DNA of 64,000 nt from Dicyema japonicum. Lineage: Eukaryota > Animalia > Dicyemida. Each line of letters opens with the position of its first letter. Positions within the stretch are counted from its first letter, which is position 1. Below are positions 40,210 through 53,965 of this stretch, piece after piece. The stretch lies in NCBI GenBank assembly GCA_011109175.1, contig RDEW01000005.1:372001-436000 (forward strand), in the 5' to 3' direction. Position numbers and translations under genes: made by a program. The notes under the pieces are model-generated. The model was not told the origin of the DNA, made no database searches, and was given only the letters and a program-made list of their open reading frames with translations.

Positions 40210-40430
40210 TTTTAAATAATAAAATTGTTCCAAAGACCAATGTTAAAACCAAACTAACTGATTTCTTGATCCAGATGCGTTCCAGTAGGACCTTCAGCCA
40301 AGAGTAGTGATTCAGATGTTCTCCGGAGAGCTGAGGTCGATTCCAGAACTCGTCGCCAGGAGCGACATTATTTCCAGGTGTAATGAATAGCTGGATTTTT
40401 TCGAATACCGGTCTGGATTCAATGACTCCA
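40210..40430 (-). mobile_element. LINE 3' tail, inverted relative to the copy at 40990-41140
   Basis: Reverse complement shares ctggc.acg.gttctg.aatcgacctcagct and ggatca...a.t.agttagtttggttt with 40990-41140. Confidence 0.65.
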
Positions 40431-40989
40431 TCAGATGAAAGGAAGAGAGATTTACTTAATTAGCCATGTTTTAAGAATTAGTTGGTTAAGTGCTTCTGCT
40501 TTTCCCATAGTTATGTAAATGCAAGTATTTTGAATTTTTGCTTTACTAGTCAACTTATTAACGAAATAAACGTTTATTTTATTTATCGTGCTTAAGTCTT
40601 TCTGACTTAAATGCTCGTAGACGAATCACTTGTTCTTTTGTTTTGGTCTACCTTCGAGTTCTGAATCAGATACAGTTGATGGGTTCTGGATGTGTTTACT
40701 TTTGTAATACTTTTTTATTAGCCATCGTTTTTTTTTCAAAACCTCTACTCTTGGATAATTGAATTCTTGAAGATCCAGAATTATGCTAGAGTTACTCGGT
40801 GGTATCTCGACTTTGGATATCGTTCCGGTACAGTGACAGATCCATCCCAATTGAGTTTCCTGGTAAGAAGGAAAATGGACGTGCCATGTTGCTTCTTGAT
40901 TGAAGATTTCTCTTCCTTCTCTTTGGTGGCGTCATTGGATCTACCTTAATCAGAGGACGCCGAATGACAGGTCGAAATTCAAAAGAATA

Positions 40990-41140
40990 CATCTATTCAT
41001 TCCACCGAAAGACAATTTTGCCCCTGGCAACGTGTTCTGAAATCGACCTCAGCTTCTCCTCTGGATCACTGTGTTTGGGTGAGGGTTCTGATGGAAGGCG
41101 TCAGGATCAGGCAATTAGTTAGTTTGGTTTGACCCCTATT
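40990..41140 (+). mobile_element. LINE 3' tail
   Basis: Homologous to 40210-40430 (opposite strand) and to 31670-31760. Confidence 0.6.
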
Positions 41141-41232
41141 TATCTAATAATTATGTAACTTACAAAAATGTTTCACTAACGAGCCAATACAATAAATTAA
41201 ATAATTTAAAACTATTATCTTTACCAATACTA

Positions 41233-44200
41233 TCATTTAGCCACAGATCTTCTTAAAAAGTCACCGATGCCACTCTAATAATATTATTATAAAGACAACG
41301 TATTGAGAGAAAGCGTATCCATGGCGTAAACTGAATGTATTCTTGTTAGTTTCGAAGTTAATGGTTGTTATTAATTTCTGAGCAAATGACGGGCGAAATC
41401 GAATTTGTATAGTTCTTAAGTAAATTACTAAAAAAACTTGTAAAAAACAATCGGCATTATGAGGACGGTAATGACCAATGGAAGCAGAAACCAGAAAAGG
41501 GGAGATTCCAACATTATGAAGGAAGCCCCCAATGCAGTAGTGTCTATTAAACCCGAACTAAAAAACAAGGTGATTGAAAAAAATGCCAAAATGGACCCCC
41601 AAATGGATATATGGTGCAACGTCGTCCACGTGTTCATATACAATGCGCACTAAAGACATCAAGTAAGCAATACCCTGACGGTGACAACAAAAGTGAGTAT
41701 AGTCATAACCACGTGCTGAACAGTATAAAGGTCATCAATATTTATTCCTTTAGAGTTTACAGCATCCTTGAACGTTATGTAGGTAAAAAGAGTAATCACA
41801 GTGGCGGAAATACAGCCTTCAATGGCGCTAGTCAAGAAAACTCGTTGGTTGAAAAGCTTATTCCGGAGTCCTGCGTCGTATAAGTTTGGATTTGATATGA
41901 AGGCCTCGTTTGTAATGTCCTAGAACATGATATGGGGGATCACCTTGTCAAAAATAGCCATAACAAGGACAGGAACCGACGTGTAGAACATGTTGTATGA
42001 AGCCATGAAAATAGGATTATAAATCAACTAGAGATCAAAGTGAGGAATACTTGTGCGCTAAAGCCTGAGAAAAATGCAAAAATGAACTGTGAAAAGGCAA
42101 AGGCAAAACTTTTGTAGAAAAAATAGGACATAAAGCGGCACATTCGATAATAAGAGAGACGTCCATGTGTTAGAATAAGCCGTTCTAAAAACCGAAACTG
42201 ACTGATTGAGTAATCAGAAGCTAAAACAGCCTGTCTACCTTCCTTACCAGATATCCCAATACCAATGTCAGCGGCTAAACTAATCAAGGACAATATTACC
42301 TTTGATCATGCTTACATCATTAGCCCCATCTCCAATGGATAGAGTTATCGCTTTCTTGTGTTTTCTGATCAACGAAACAACTTGGGATTTTTGCAAAGGT
42401 GTCACTCGACAGCATATTACCGTTCTACAACAGCTGGCCAGGTCTACGAATGTCTGTTCACTGTGAGTAAGGGCAATTTCCTTAGTGATAACTCAATACA
42501 AGCATACCAGTGATTGACCCGTAAGAACAAGTGCAAACCCAGAGAACCCACTATATTCTGCGGAAAAGTTATCATAGGCTTTTTTAAACTCAGACGGATC
42601 GATATTCATATCCGTCAATATTTTACTAACAATCCCCAAATATTCGTTAATTTTCGAAATAACGTCAACTTTGTCGACACATTCCAATATGAATACTTCG
42701 TACATCTCATTTGTTAACAGTGAGCAGGAATATCCGATATTCACTGCAGTTTCTTGGTTTAATTTAATGGAAAATACCCAATTTATCACCAGTCAGCACC
42801 CAAATCCGTATTTTGGCCTCGCTTAATGAATAAATGGTGTCAGCCACGTTTTCCTGTAATTTGTCCTCTATTCCAGTTGCCCCAACCAAGTTTAGGTTGG
42901 TCTCCAAATCAACGATACTTTTATCAACAGCTTCCGCTTGATTGGTGGTAGACAGGCTTATTATAGCCCTCGTACCACTTCCCCCAGTCCTCCTCACTAA
43001 TATCTTTATAGGCTATGCAAAGAGTGCGTAACCCCGAACAAGCAAATTCCTCAGATTGAGCATGCAACGTACATTTAAATGAGTGGATGTGATACGACCA
43101 CAATCACCGGATCTGTCATTCGATAATACTGAATAAATTGTCGTGTCAGCACCTTTGGTCAGTAGCAGAATTCTTCCTTCACACCTTACCACAACAGACA
43201 TTCGCTTGCGGATATTGTCAAAGTCAAGAATAGCCAGTATTTTGTAAATCTTTACTTTTTCCCCAACTTTGACTTTTATTTCATCGTTGGTTCGCCCCTG
43301 AAATGAATAACACGTTTAGACCACAAATGTGTAGCCAAACTCAGAGGCTGCCTCCACAAGAGCTCCTTCATCGGGAGACTGCGCCTGGAATGTGACACCT
43401 TGGCCTACTTATGTAAACTCAAATTACCATCTTCTGAGGTGTTTGCCATCACAGTGTGACAGATTGATAGTATCTCCATGAATAAATTGACCATTTTATC
43501 TCCAGATGCGATTTTCTCCCTCAATAACTCAGGCTGAAAGTTAGTAAAGCACAAACATTAGAATTTCTGTATTTGACTCCGTTAATGGAGCATTGCTGGA
43601 ACTTCATTAGATTCTAAAATATCCGAAAATATATAACTTGAGTAAGTGTGCCAGTTTTATCGCTGAAAATATACTGAATTTGTCCCAGTTCCTCAATAAG
43701 AGCAGTAGTCCGTGCCTTAGCGTAAGAGTCCGTGAGAGCATCGTACATTTGGTCATCCCAATTCACAAACATGGAATGCCAGAAACGAACAAATTCGACA
43801 CTAATGATAACAGACCATAGAATCTGACCTCACATAGAGAGATATGGGAATAATGGCGTTCATTATGATTACAAACGAAAAAAACGACAAAATAGCCTTG
43901 ACGGAAATGGCAGAATCAACATTCGACGGAAGAAACGACGGAAATGGAATATATGCCTTTAGTTTCACCCCAATTAATTTTTCCCAGATTCCTTGAGCAG
44001 TTATCAGAAAGACAACACAAAAGAAAAGAAAAAGGAGGATCTTGGATGAGTGAAATGAATCCACCTGTGAGATGACTTTATTGATGTAAGAGTCCAGATG
44101 TGTATTCTTTAGACGAAGTTTCCCCGAATTCATCATAATTTTGCTGTCTCGGCCAGTAAAAACAACGATTCCAACAACACTCTCGGTGTTCCTAACGACA

Positions 44201-45035
44201 CATCCACGGAGGACCACATTGTCTTTACTGAGGGGGACTGGACTTTTATCATCAATTTCCAGTCTCCCTTCAAATTTATCGAGATTTTTGTTGGGAAGTT
44301 CACAAATGATTTTGAGGTTGTATTCTTCCAATTTACTCTCGTCGAACCACTCCGCGATTACATGTGGAGAATTTGAAGGCTTCAGGTTAGTCTCTCTAAA
44401 TGATGAGATGGAAATTGAACCCGTCGAGCTCAGCCGTCTCAATTAGACAGAGACCGTCATTTGTGGTACTCAGCAGCACAATATCAGCCTGAAGTAACTA
44501 AAACTCTGACCGGAACTTTTTCCTCACTTTTGATTTTGATAATGTCCCCAACGACGATGTCCTTCCATTTTAAGTGGGTATAACGCCCATAGCGGTAGAC
44601 CTCACAAATCCGATTATTTACTTGCTCATCATTACGATGTCTCAACTAAAATAAAGCCTGAACTAATACATAATCATCGTAAATATCCTTAATAGCTGAC
44701 AAACTGATCACCGTGACGAGGGGAAGTATGGTCGTAATGGGAGATAAAGAAGATATTTGGGGAATAAGCTATGATACGATTGAAAAAAAACTTGTAGAAT
44801 CATCAAGATTAGGAAATACGCATTAGACACTCTGCGGAACTGTTCATACATGTTTATCACAATAAATGTGTACCACGTGTACTTGGAAGTCTTTATAAAA
44901 TTTGTCTAAAATTACTCTTGACCTAACGCAGTATTCGGATAGTTTCCCATGTTCGGAGGTCGAGGAAATAACAGTCCTTTGTTGTTCATCCGTTAACTTT
45001 TTATATTTTGATGATTTATTAAAAAATACCTTCAT
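41233..45035 (-). CDS. ATP8B: P4-type phospholipid-transporting ATPase (ATP8B-like flippase), many tiny introns
   Basis: [50 protein letters not shown] (phosphorylation site), [56 protein letters not shown]. The symbol is family-level only. Confidence 0.95.
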
Positions 45036-46879
45036 TTGTTTAATTAAGACTGCGCTAATTAAGCGATAAACGTCCTAAATACATATTTAATCACGAATTG
45101 CCTAACGATAAGCTATTTTTAATTTCACAGTTTTATTAATTATAATTAAATATTATTAATTTAAATAAATATTACAAACTACATAAATATTCGATTACAA
45201 TACTTTAACTACAAGGAATAACACTTTGAAATATGTCAGATTGATTTTCGCCTAAGTTTTAATGAAATCAGCTATAAATAATACATTTAATAACCTTGGA
45301 GATGCCTTTCTTAGTTGTCACATAACATATTCGAGAAATAGGTTAACCACTAATTAGCTATTAACTTATTTATGGTCTCAAAAATATAATTGAGAATCTC
45401 GAGGGAATAGTTTTGTTGTTATGTATGAATGTGCCACAGCATGAACTGCTAGAAAGCAGCATCCGGGAGTGCCGACCTTAACACGGGCAGGTTGCAAATG
45501 TTTATTGAGTGGGAGAAGTTTTTAATCTCAAAATTACATTTATTAAGGAACTCGAATTTCGCCTAAACCATGTCAAAGTGATACATTTAATGAATGACTA
45601 AATCATTTGCTTGGAACGTTCTGTAATAAATAATTAGTTCCTCCACACGGAAGACAATATTTGTTAGAGACCATTGGGATCAGAGTATTGATTTATGCGA
45701 TACTCCTCTGTTCTAAAATGTCGTATGACTGAGGAAATCACCTGGTCGGATATTTTACTTAAAAAGTTCATCAAAAATTATGTCATGTGGTAAAATCAAT
45801 ATCGACGTTTAATATTGATGTTCATGCCAATCATAAAACCTCAAAATCATTGATTTTTAAAAATCGGCTGTTGCATGAAAGTTAATAAAATACAGTGAAA
45901 CCTTTGAATTCGTCATAAAATGAGAGTCACTAACAATTTTCGAGTTCGGTGAAGGAAACCGGGGGTCAACAAAAAAGATCAGTCACGTGTATTTGCTACG
46001 GCGCAGAACTCGAAGGTCGACCCGGACAAGAGAAGAAGTGGCCCGTCTCCTGGTCGTATAGAAGGCAGAAAGGGCAAAGTGTGGAAGACGATTGTCCAAT
46101 TTTTAAATAAAAAACTTAAATCCATATATTGGCCACAGCAAAGGCATCCCAAGTGGACAAGAACTTATCGCTGTTGAAAGTTCCGCTTCCGTCAATGTTT
46201 GGTTTTAGTTTTTATGTGTTTATGATAAAATATTTAATAATTTGTGATGAAATAATCAGAAAATTTATAAATTTAAAAATTATCGAACAAATAATTTTTT
46301 GATTGAAATTGATAATTTTCAATTGAAATCGATATGCAACTTATGCGATTGAAAAAGATATACGCCGGCCGAGATGATTCAGAAATGATGTAAAAAACAT
46401 AGGGGCAAGGTGGCGAATAGTACGTGAGGGCACGAAATCATATATTTATTTGTTCCGGGTTTGATTATCTGACGGTGGAAGAATTCATCGAGCGTTTTTT
46501 GAAGACAGTGGGGTTCTGCGGATTTACGATCAGCTTTTTGATAAAAGCATTGATCGAATGTTTTGAATCGAGAGAAATTTGAGTTACGGCAACCCTCACA
46601 TTTCTAGATGATCTCCCAAAGACAGGATCTATGTATCCTAGTGAGAGTGGTAAACTTGGGTGGATTTTATGCAGTATACTTCTCAAGGTCGAGTCTTATA
46701 CGTGTTGAAATTTTGAGTAGGTTGATCCATCCAGGGATCCCAGCTATGGGCTGTAATTAAGCGTTGTCTTGATGAATTGTTTGTATAAGAGGGTGAGACA
46801 TTCTATGGGTTGGTCGTGGGTCCGACCAGCAACTGCACAAGGAACATTTGGCTTAAATTAATTTGTTTAATTTGTTAAG

Positions 46880-47420
46880 GAAAATATAACTCCAAGAATT
46901 TTTGGATGCTTGTCACTAGAAGAAACTGATTGTATGGGGGATAAATTGGAGAGGTCCTTTCAGGTTGGAAGGAATTGTAAAAACCTTCAGAAATAAATTT
47001 CGTCAAAGTAGTGATGTGTGGGTTGAGTGCACAAAGTCATGTAATTTGGAAAAGTGACGTATGCAAGTCCTTCATGGGCAATGCAAATGTCACGATCTTC
47101 CTCATTAAAATTATCTGCAATCGAGGAGACTGCAATAAGGTTAATTGGACCAGATCACAATATCCAACCTATTGAAAACTTTTTAATCGAACTACAACGG
47201 AAACTATTAAAGGAGGCTGTTCTACTGAGCTGCCCTCTATTCCAAATACTATCGAATTATCTACAATCATACAGAAATTTTGAGCCGATGCCATGTCCAA
47301 TGAGAAGAGCTGTTCAGGATTCTCGACCCCGCCGGACTCGTCCTCACCTTTGTCGGTCTGGGATCACTTAGATGAGAACTTTTATTTCTTTCTCTTTGAC
47401 CCAGTGATCCTGGGGTAATA
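46880..47420 (+). mobile_element. jockey/I-like LINE tail
   Basis: YASPSWA..LKLSAIEETAIRLIG; ends SGIT-stop. Confidence 0.55.
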
Positions 47421-47629
47421 ATAATAATTTGGAAAAGTTGGAACTGATGCTAGGTTTAAATTAATATTTTTTATTAAATCAAATAGTCATCCAAAACGAA
47501 ACTTGGTTCCTTTCTAGGAGAAAGTGGGGATATTACACAAATAAAAACCTGATGATGCTATCCATGAACTTATGAATTTATGGCTTGAAGAGGAATCAGA
47601 ATCAAAAAAGATTACTTCTTATTAGGTTT

Positions 47630-50600
47630 TCTAGGTTGTTTAGTCTGGATAAGGTTGTTTAGTTTGGATAGGATTGAAGCGATTTGCCAAATTTGCGGAA
47701 TTTTATCAATAAATTTTTCTATTTATCATTTAAATTTAGTTGTTGTGGTGTTGACATGTCCGTTTCTAATCATACCGAGAAATCGAATCCTATGGGCCTT
47801 CCTGCAAAATCAAATAAAGAAGATAGTTTAGTAGAAGCAGGACCGTCGTCTGTGGGGCTGGATAATGTCACAAGAACTAATATCAACATCGTTGGGAATA
47901 TTGGTGCCCAAACCAACTTGCATTCGCTATCTGCCATTATTGAAGAGGTCCACTGTGTCTCTGAAGCTGAGTGGGTATCTCAGATTTTTCTTGCCACGAA
48001 ACAAAGATTTGGAAGGATACCTAGAGGTGGCTGGAACCTCGTACTTAAAAAGTTCAATGAAAAGTACTTTAAGAGTTCCATTCTATGTCAGCTAAAAAAG
48101 ATGCTGAAAATCGGAATAACAATGTGAAAGTAGGCGAATGTTTCAATGTTCAAAATACTACTAATTTTGTGTTTTCCACCTTCAGAAATTGCCTTGAGGA
48201 ATTAAAATTACAAATTGAGAAAATTAAGTCAATTTCGAGGTATACTCAAAAACCAACACCCAAAATTCAGAGAAAGTATGTCAGAGTTAATGTTTTGTCG
48301 GTACTAAATTCTGCAATATATTTTATTACGAAAGATAATCCGCCTCAAGATATCAATCAAATTACTGATATTCTATACGCTGCACAGTGTGCTTATATGA
48401 CTTTAACTGCGAAGGTTAAACCGCAAAGTACGTGGTTGGGGAACACTGAAAAGATAATCTCAAAGCTGATGGCAGAACTAGAACTTGGCAATCGCTTTTC
48501 CAGACAAGCTCTTCCTGTGTATGAAAAACTAAAGGTTCTGGATGTTCTTTGTGCCTATGGATACAAAATGGCCAAAAAGGGTAGGTTGCCAGGATTGAGG
48601 CTCTACTATGTGACCTTGTAAGAATTAAGAAAAGCAAATAGCTGTACATCATTCGAGGAAGGACTTTCGCAAGGACAACTGTTGTTTTGAATTAAATCGA
48701 AGAAGATTTTATCGGAACCTATCAGCAAGCAATGAAGTAACGTTATATGGTTTCGATGATGAGGATTGTATGTCGTTTTGGGAAAAAGTGTGGTCTAAAA
48801 GAAAAGAGATGAACGTGCCATATGACAGTGTGGGTAAAGTAAATACTGGTATTGAAGGCATGTTGCCAGAGTTCACAAATGAGTTTATCCTGGATGTTAT
48901 TAAATGGCTCCCTGATTGGAAGGCGTGTGGATGCGATGGCTCATATAACTTCTTTATTAAGAAAATGGAATCTTTACATGGCTTTTTATGTACTGAGATT
49001 AACCGAATTATTAATGGGGAATATATGCCTGAAAGTTGGTTTTATACTGGAATAACCTATTTAATTCCTAAAAAGGATGATTGTGAGACTCCTAATGACT
49101 TACGTCCTATCACGTGTATGCCAACTTTATATAAACTTATTACCAAATGTGTTAATTCCAAACTCTCAGATTTTGTGGATTCGTTTGGGCTATTATCTGA
49201 CAATCAGCTGGGAACGAGGAAACATTGTCAGGGCGCTAAGGAACAGGCCCTTATTAATCAATGCTTAAATAAGGAGTATGGAAACGCCCTTTATTCTGCT
49301 TGGGTGGATGTGAAGAAGGCCTTTGATTCTGTTGACCATGAATTTTTATTTCATGTATTGGACTGCTCAGGAATACCCCGTTGGATTGTAAACTTTGTAA
49401 AGACCATAGTCAAGAAGTGGACTGTAAATCTCCACTTAGATGGAAGAAGAATTGGTTCTGTAAAACTGGGACGGGGAATTTTGCAAGGAGATTCATTATC
49501 CCCTCAACTATTTGTTATGGTAATGGAACCCTTGAGCAGGACCCTTAACTTTATGTTCCCAAGACTCCAAATTAATCAGGAGGATCCTAATACACTGACT
49601 TATTCTACAAATCATTTGTTATTCATTGATGATAATATTTAGGCTAAAAGAAGATACTGTTATTAAACTAATGAAAGTTGTTCGCGATTTCTTTCATGTT
49701 GCCGGCTTGGAGATGAATTCGGAAAAGTCACTTCTAATGTTAAATCGTTATCATGTTGTGAGACTATGGAAGGAGTCAGTGGATATCGATATTTGGGTGT
49801 TTTTGAAGACGAGGGAAGTAATGTTCTTAAAAGCAAAGTTATGGAGTCCATACTTGAAAATGTTAAGAAGAGAATAACCATGCTTTCAAAAACAAAGTTA
49901 AATTTTGCGAACTTGTTTTTTGTAATAAATAAATACTCAATTTCCCTAACTATTATATAGGATTAATTAATATTGAACCTTATGAATTTGATGATATTGA
50001 CCAACAAATACGACAACTGCTTACGTCACTCAAGTTGCACCTCAAACCTGCAAATAAAGAGAGGCTGTATTTGGACAGGAAGACTTTTGGAAGAAGACTT
50101 ACTTCGATTTCGTTTAAGAGAAAATTAATACTCCTCCAGTTCTTTAAAAGTTTGGAAAAACAGTCGAATGTGTGTTTGCGAAGTTCGGGGATTCTGCGAG
50201 TATTAAAAACAAAAAATGACACTTGGCTACAATGGCAAAATTTCTTGCCTCTAAATATGCAATTGTCGACAGGAAAAGCAATGATATTAAGTCCTTCAAG
50301 GACACTCAGAGGAAATATTTATTAAATAAAATTTATTGCAAAACATTACACTCCATTTTGTTCAAATTTATGGATGAAACAAATGTCGACTATTCTACTT
50401 CCTCAGATTGGTTATCCAGGGGAAATAACGGCCCACGGAGCTAAGCATTGCACTGTCTTCTGCAAGATAGGAATTTGTTTTTCGCACACACGGGGTCATT
50501 ATTCAACCATTGCAAAAAAAGCAGGAAAACTGTCGATCATTTGGCCACTCAGTGTGGTAAAATGCTAAACAGTGATTATCTCCGAAGACATAATGAAGTG

Positions 50601-51300
50601 GTAAAGTATATCCATCTTCATCTTTGTCGAGTTTATGGAATCAAAAGAAGCAGGAAATTGAAAGGACATTCGGTTCAGTCAATATTGACGACTCAAAATG
50701 TCGAAATCAGAGTTGACACGTCGATTTTGACAGAAACAAAAGTCCAATACAATAAACCTGATATTTTTGTGTATGACAAAACAAAAAAGGAAATAACGTT
50801 AATTGAAGTGGGGATTACCTCACAAGACCGACTAAAGCAAGTTGAAGTCGAGAAACTTCACAAATATGACTTGCTAGCAAATGAACTTTAGCTGCTCTAT
50901 GAATGCCAAGTGAAGATTATTCCAGTGGTTTTGACATGGGATGGAGTTGTCTCAAGATGCTTCAAGAATCATATGGATAAATTATCATTTGAAGAATCAA
51001 CGAGGACTTACATCCAATCGGTTGTGCTGAAGAGAACGCTCGAAAGTATGCTCATTGAACATAAGCATGGGATGAAGGTATACGATGAAACGTACGCCTC
51101 TGCTATTTCCTAACTTGTGGAACTGGCATGCCGTGAGGACAGCCCAGTGGACTCTAACGGAGATATTTTGACTGAATCTGATGTGGAGATGCGGAGTAAC
51201 AGGGAGGTTATGGCACACTCTTCTTCTAAGAGAAGAGGAGGGATTACCAACAATCTGGATCAAAATACGCTTAATTAGTTAGTTTACTCGTTATTATTAT
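47630..51300 (+). mobile_element. Near full-length R4/Dong-like non-LTR retrotransposon (Myb-like N-terminus, RT, CCHC, REL), disabled
   Basis: RT: WKACGCDG..LRPITC.PTLYK..QGAKEQ..DVKKAFDSV..GILQGDSLSP..FIDD; CNHC..ETVDH-type knuckle and KPDI..IEVGI REL motif; several stops and frameshifts. A 19-nt tandem repeat lies at 47633-47670. Confidence 0.9.
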
Positions 51301-51329
51301 TTTAATAATTATTTTATTTCTTTAACAAT

Positions 51330-51395
51330 CCGAAAACCTTCACAATCCGAAAGGCATCCAAATTTTTTTGCTAGGATTAATGAGGGTTCACTGTA
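51330..51395 (-). repeat. Solo Tigger/pogo-like terminal inverted repeat fragment
   Basis: Reverse complement begins TACAGTGAACCCTC; a related TACAGTGAAACC lies at about 45891. No matching partner TIR seen. Confidence 0.35.
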
Positions 51396-51479
51396 TTTAA
51401 AAAAATTGTTATTAAAATACAAAAAATGTATAGTCGATCGCCAGATAAATCGCTAAATAAAAAGTTGGCCACCCCTGGT

Positions 51480-51640
51480 TTAGAGTAACATTAACAGTCG
51501 TCCTTCAAAGGATCTTAAATACGTAAAGTTAAAATCCGCCGACGACCTGGACTCATTGAGAGTTCTAAGTAACATCACTGGTGCGTGGACGAGATTAAGA
51601 TCTAAAATTGTTTCTTGTAAAAGCGCTAATAACCTATTAA
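51480..51640 (+). mobile_element. RTE LINE extreme 3' coding tail
   Basis: LKSADDLDSLRVLS..AWTRL resembles LKTGDDLDELRSLA at 57100. Confidence 0.5.
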
Positions 51641-51739
51641 ATAACTCCATAATATTTAATTTTTTGTGATATTTCCTTTGTTGGAAAGATGCCGAAATCA
51701 TCGAAGCAGAGACTTGCAAGAACTGCAACAAATTCAACA

Positions 51740-52690
51740 AAAGGAAACGGGTGATCTACTACACAACATCAAAGTCCCCCAAACGACTAACGAACCCTTT
51801 TGACCTGGACAAACAAATAGCCTAATGTCTTTAAAATGACGTAAGATGTGAGATTCTTTCTTTTTACCAAGCAGCATTGGAGGACTTGATGGTATCCGTC
51901 TCGGCTCTGCCAAATTTATAGCTTTGGGAAACAGCAGTACACGATTTCCGGACATTCTCACAAAACAAAAGGAATACTCCCCAAAAATGATACTAAAAAC
52001 ATTTTCAACATTATACGCAGTGATTGAGGGTTACTTCTTACTCTACCTTAATATTATACTATGTGCATGACTCCTACGTCAAGTCTAGAACTCGGACAAT
52101 ACAACAAGGGGATCCACTAGGCCCTGTTTGTTCAGTCTCTGAATTGGCAGAGTCACAAGATGTCGTTTTACGCGTTTGAAAGTGTGGTACCTGGACGATA
52201 GCACTGTGAGTGGACAGCCAACAACGTGTTGGAGAATCTAAGAAGATTAATGCTTCTAGTTGAGATTCTCAGCTTAGCGCGAAACCTGTACTGAAGTCTA
52301 AAGTTACCCTTCCATGCTGGAGTTAGCTGACCTTGGCGGGGGCAAAAAAACAGATGAAATTATAGGCTTTCTGTTTGAACAGGGGATGCGATTAGTATGG
52401 TACATCACCTTTTTGGCTCCCTATCATCTACTAGCAAAATCGAGACCGTTGTAAATGTATTATTTTTCGCAGAAAAGGCAAATATGGCAAAGAAATACCA
52501 AAGACCCATCGACCAGTTCACGCCACGTCTGATTTCCGTCAAGACAATTGGAGTGACAAACAGAAAGTATTTCTCTTTCCTCAAAAAGATGTCTGGCCAC
52601 ACTAGAAATTATAACGTCTATGAAATATATGGCAGTTCACGTTGATATCGATTGCGATCGTGAGAGGCCGTCTGTGGGGATAAATAGTTA
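51740..52690 (+). mobile_element. CRE-like element relic (RT core plus tail); second tail copy at about 53045-53225
   Basis: IQQGDPLGP and VWYLDD (RT), then AEK..KKY..ISVKTIGV..ISIAIVRG; the tail is repeated at 53137-53226. Confidence 0.65.
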
Positions 52691-53229
52691 TATATATTAA
52701 AGCGCAATGTTGTATGCGGCACAATACCTCGCGGATAAATGGACTGATTTTAATTTAAAGTTTTGAACAAATAAAGACATTGTCGAAAAAGTGAGGGAAC
52801 CAGATATGAAGAATCTAAGTTTCTGAAAATTTCGATCAATATCATCCTGTCAAGTGGCGTTGCCTTTTAATGATAATTTCAAATTTAATCGTTTCTTGGC
52901 ACTAATACAAAATCCCAGAGACACCGGATATGGGGGACAATGGGAGACAGCCCACGTGGGTGAACTGCTTATTTAAACACTCTTCTTACAAATGCAATAA
53001 AAATAAAATACTTATTTTAAGTCTCCTAAGCACTTTAAATAAAAAAAAGACACCAGAGTTATCGTGTCACATATATACAACATTGAGCTTTAATAAGTAT
53101 ACAAGTCCGGTTGGAGTGATAGAAAATTATGGATAACACTCAGAAATCATCACGTTCGTGAAATATATGGCAATTCAAGTTGATATCTATTGATATCGTG
53201 AGAGGCCTCGTCTGTGGAGATAAATTTTT

Positions 53230-53830
53230 ATTTTATTTATTTAACCCAAGACCACGGTAAAACAAAACTAATTATCACGTGATCCCGATGCATTCTAAAA
53301 GAGACCTCATCTTTGCCCGGTTTTCTTCTTTTGTGCCCGCGCATGAACGTACAGGACGGCTGCCTGAATTTTCAGGGCCAACTTCCCGTGATCTGGAGTC
53401 TAGTCTCATAAGGGCTTCCAGAGGCGTAGGTCCGTTCGATGATCTTCACATATCCAACGCTCCGTTACTCTAAGCCTTCTTTTGCATTTTCTCAATTTTC
53501 CTCATATTTGTCCAAGATATGGACGGTCCCCACGAAGCGCATGCATATGAGAAACATGGCTCGATGTATTGTTTGTATACGTTCATCAAGACTGGGTGAG
53601 TACCACTTTTCTATATTCCCGATAAACTTTTCAATTCGTTCAGTTTCTTCTCGCATTTCAATAGAATGTTTTCTACGTGAGGTGTTAAACAGAGATGCAT
53701 ATCATTTGTTACACCTGTGGAAAGGCATCTGTGGAAAGGGATGTCGACCTCGTTTAACTTCAAGGTGACTGTCTTCATTCCCAATATTTTGTCAGAAGTA
53801 AATAGTGACGTAGACGACTTCTCTGCATTC
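53230..53830 (-). mobile_element. jockey/I-like LINE 3' portion
   Basis: Close paralog of 16885-17545 (TSLFTSDKILG..LTPHVENILLKC; GIT-stop). Confidence 0.8.
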
Positions 53831-53965
53831 ACCACAGGTACTAGGACATTTGGCCGACAAGACATTAGGCCGACCAAAAATTATATAATTAATGAAAAAT
53901 TTCAAGATTATTTAATTTGAAATATAATTTTAAAATTTAATTTTTATTTGAATTTTGTTTGAGTA

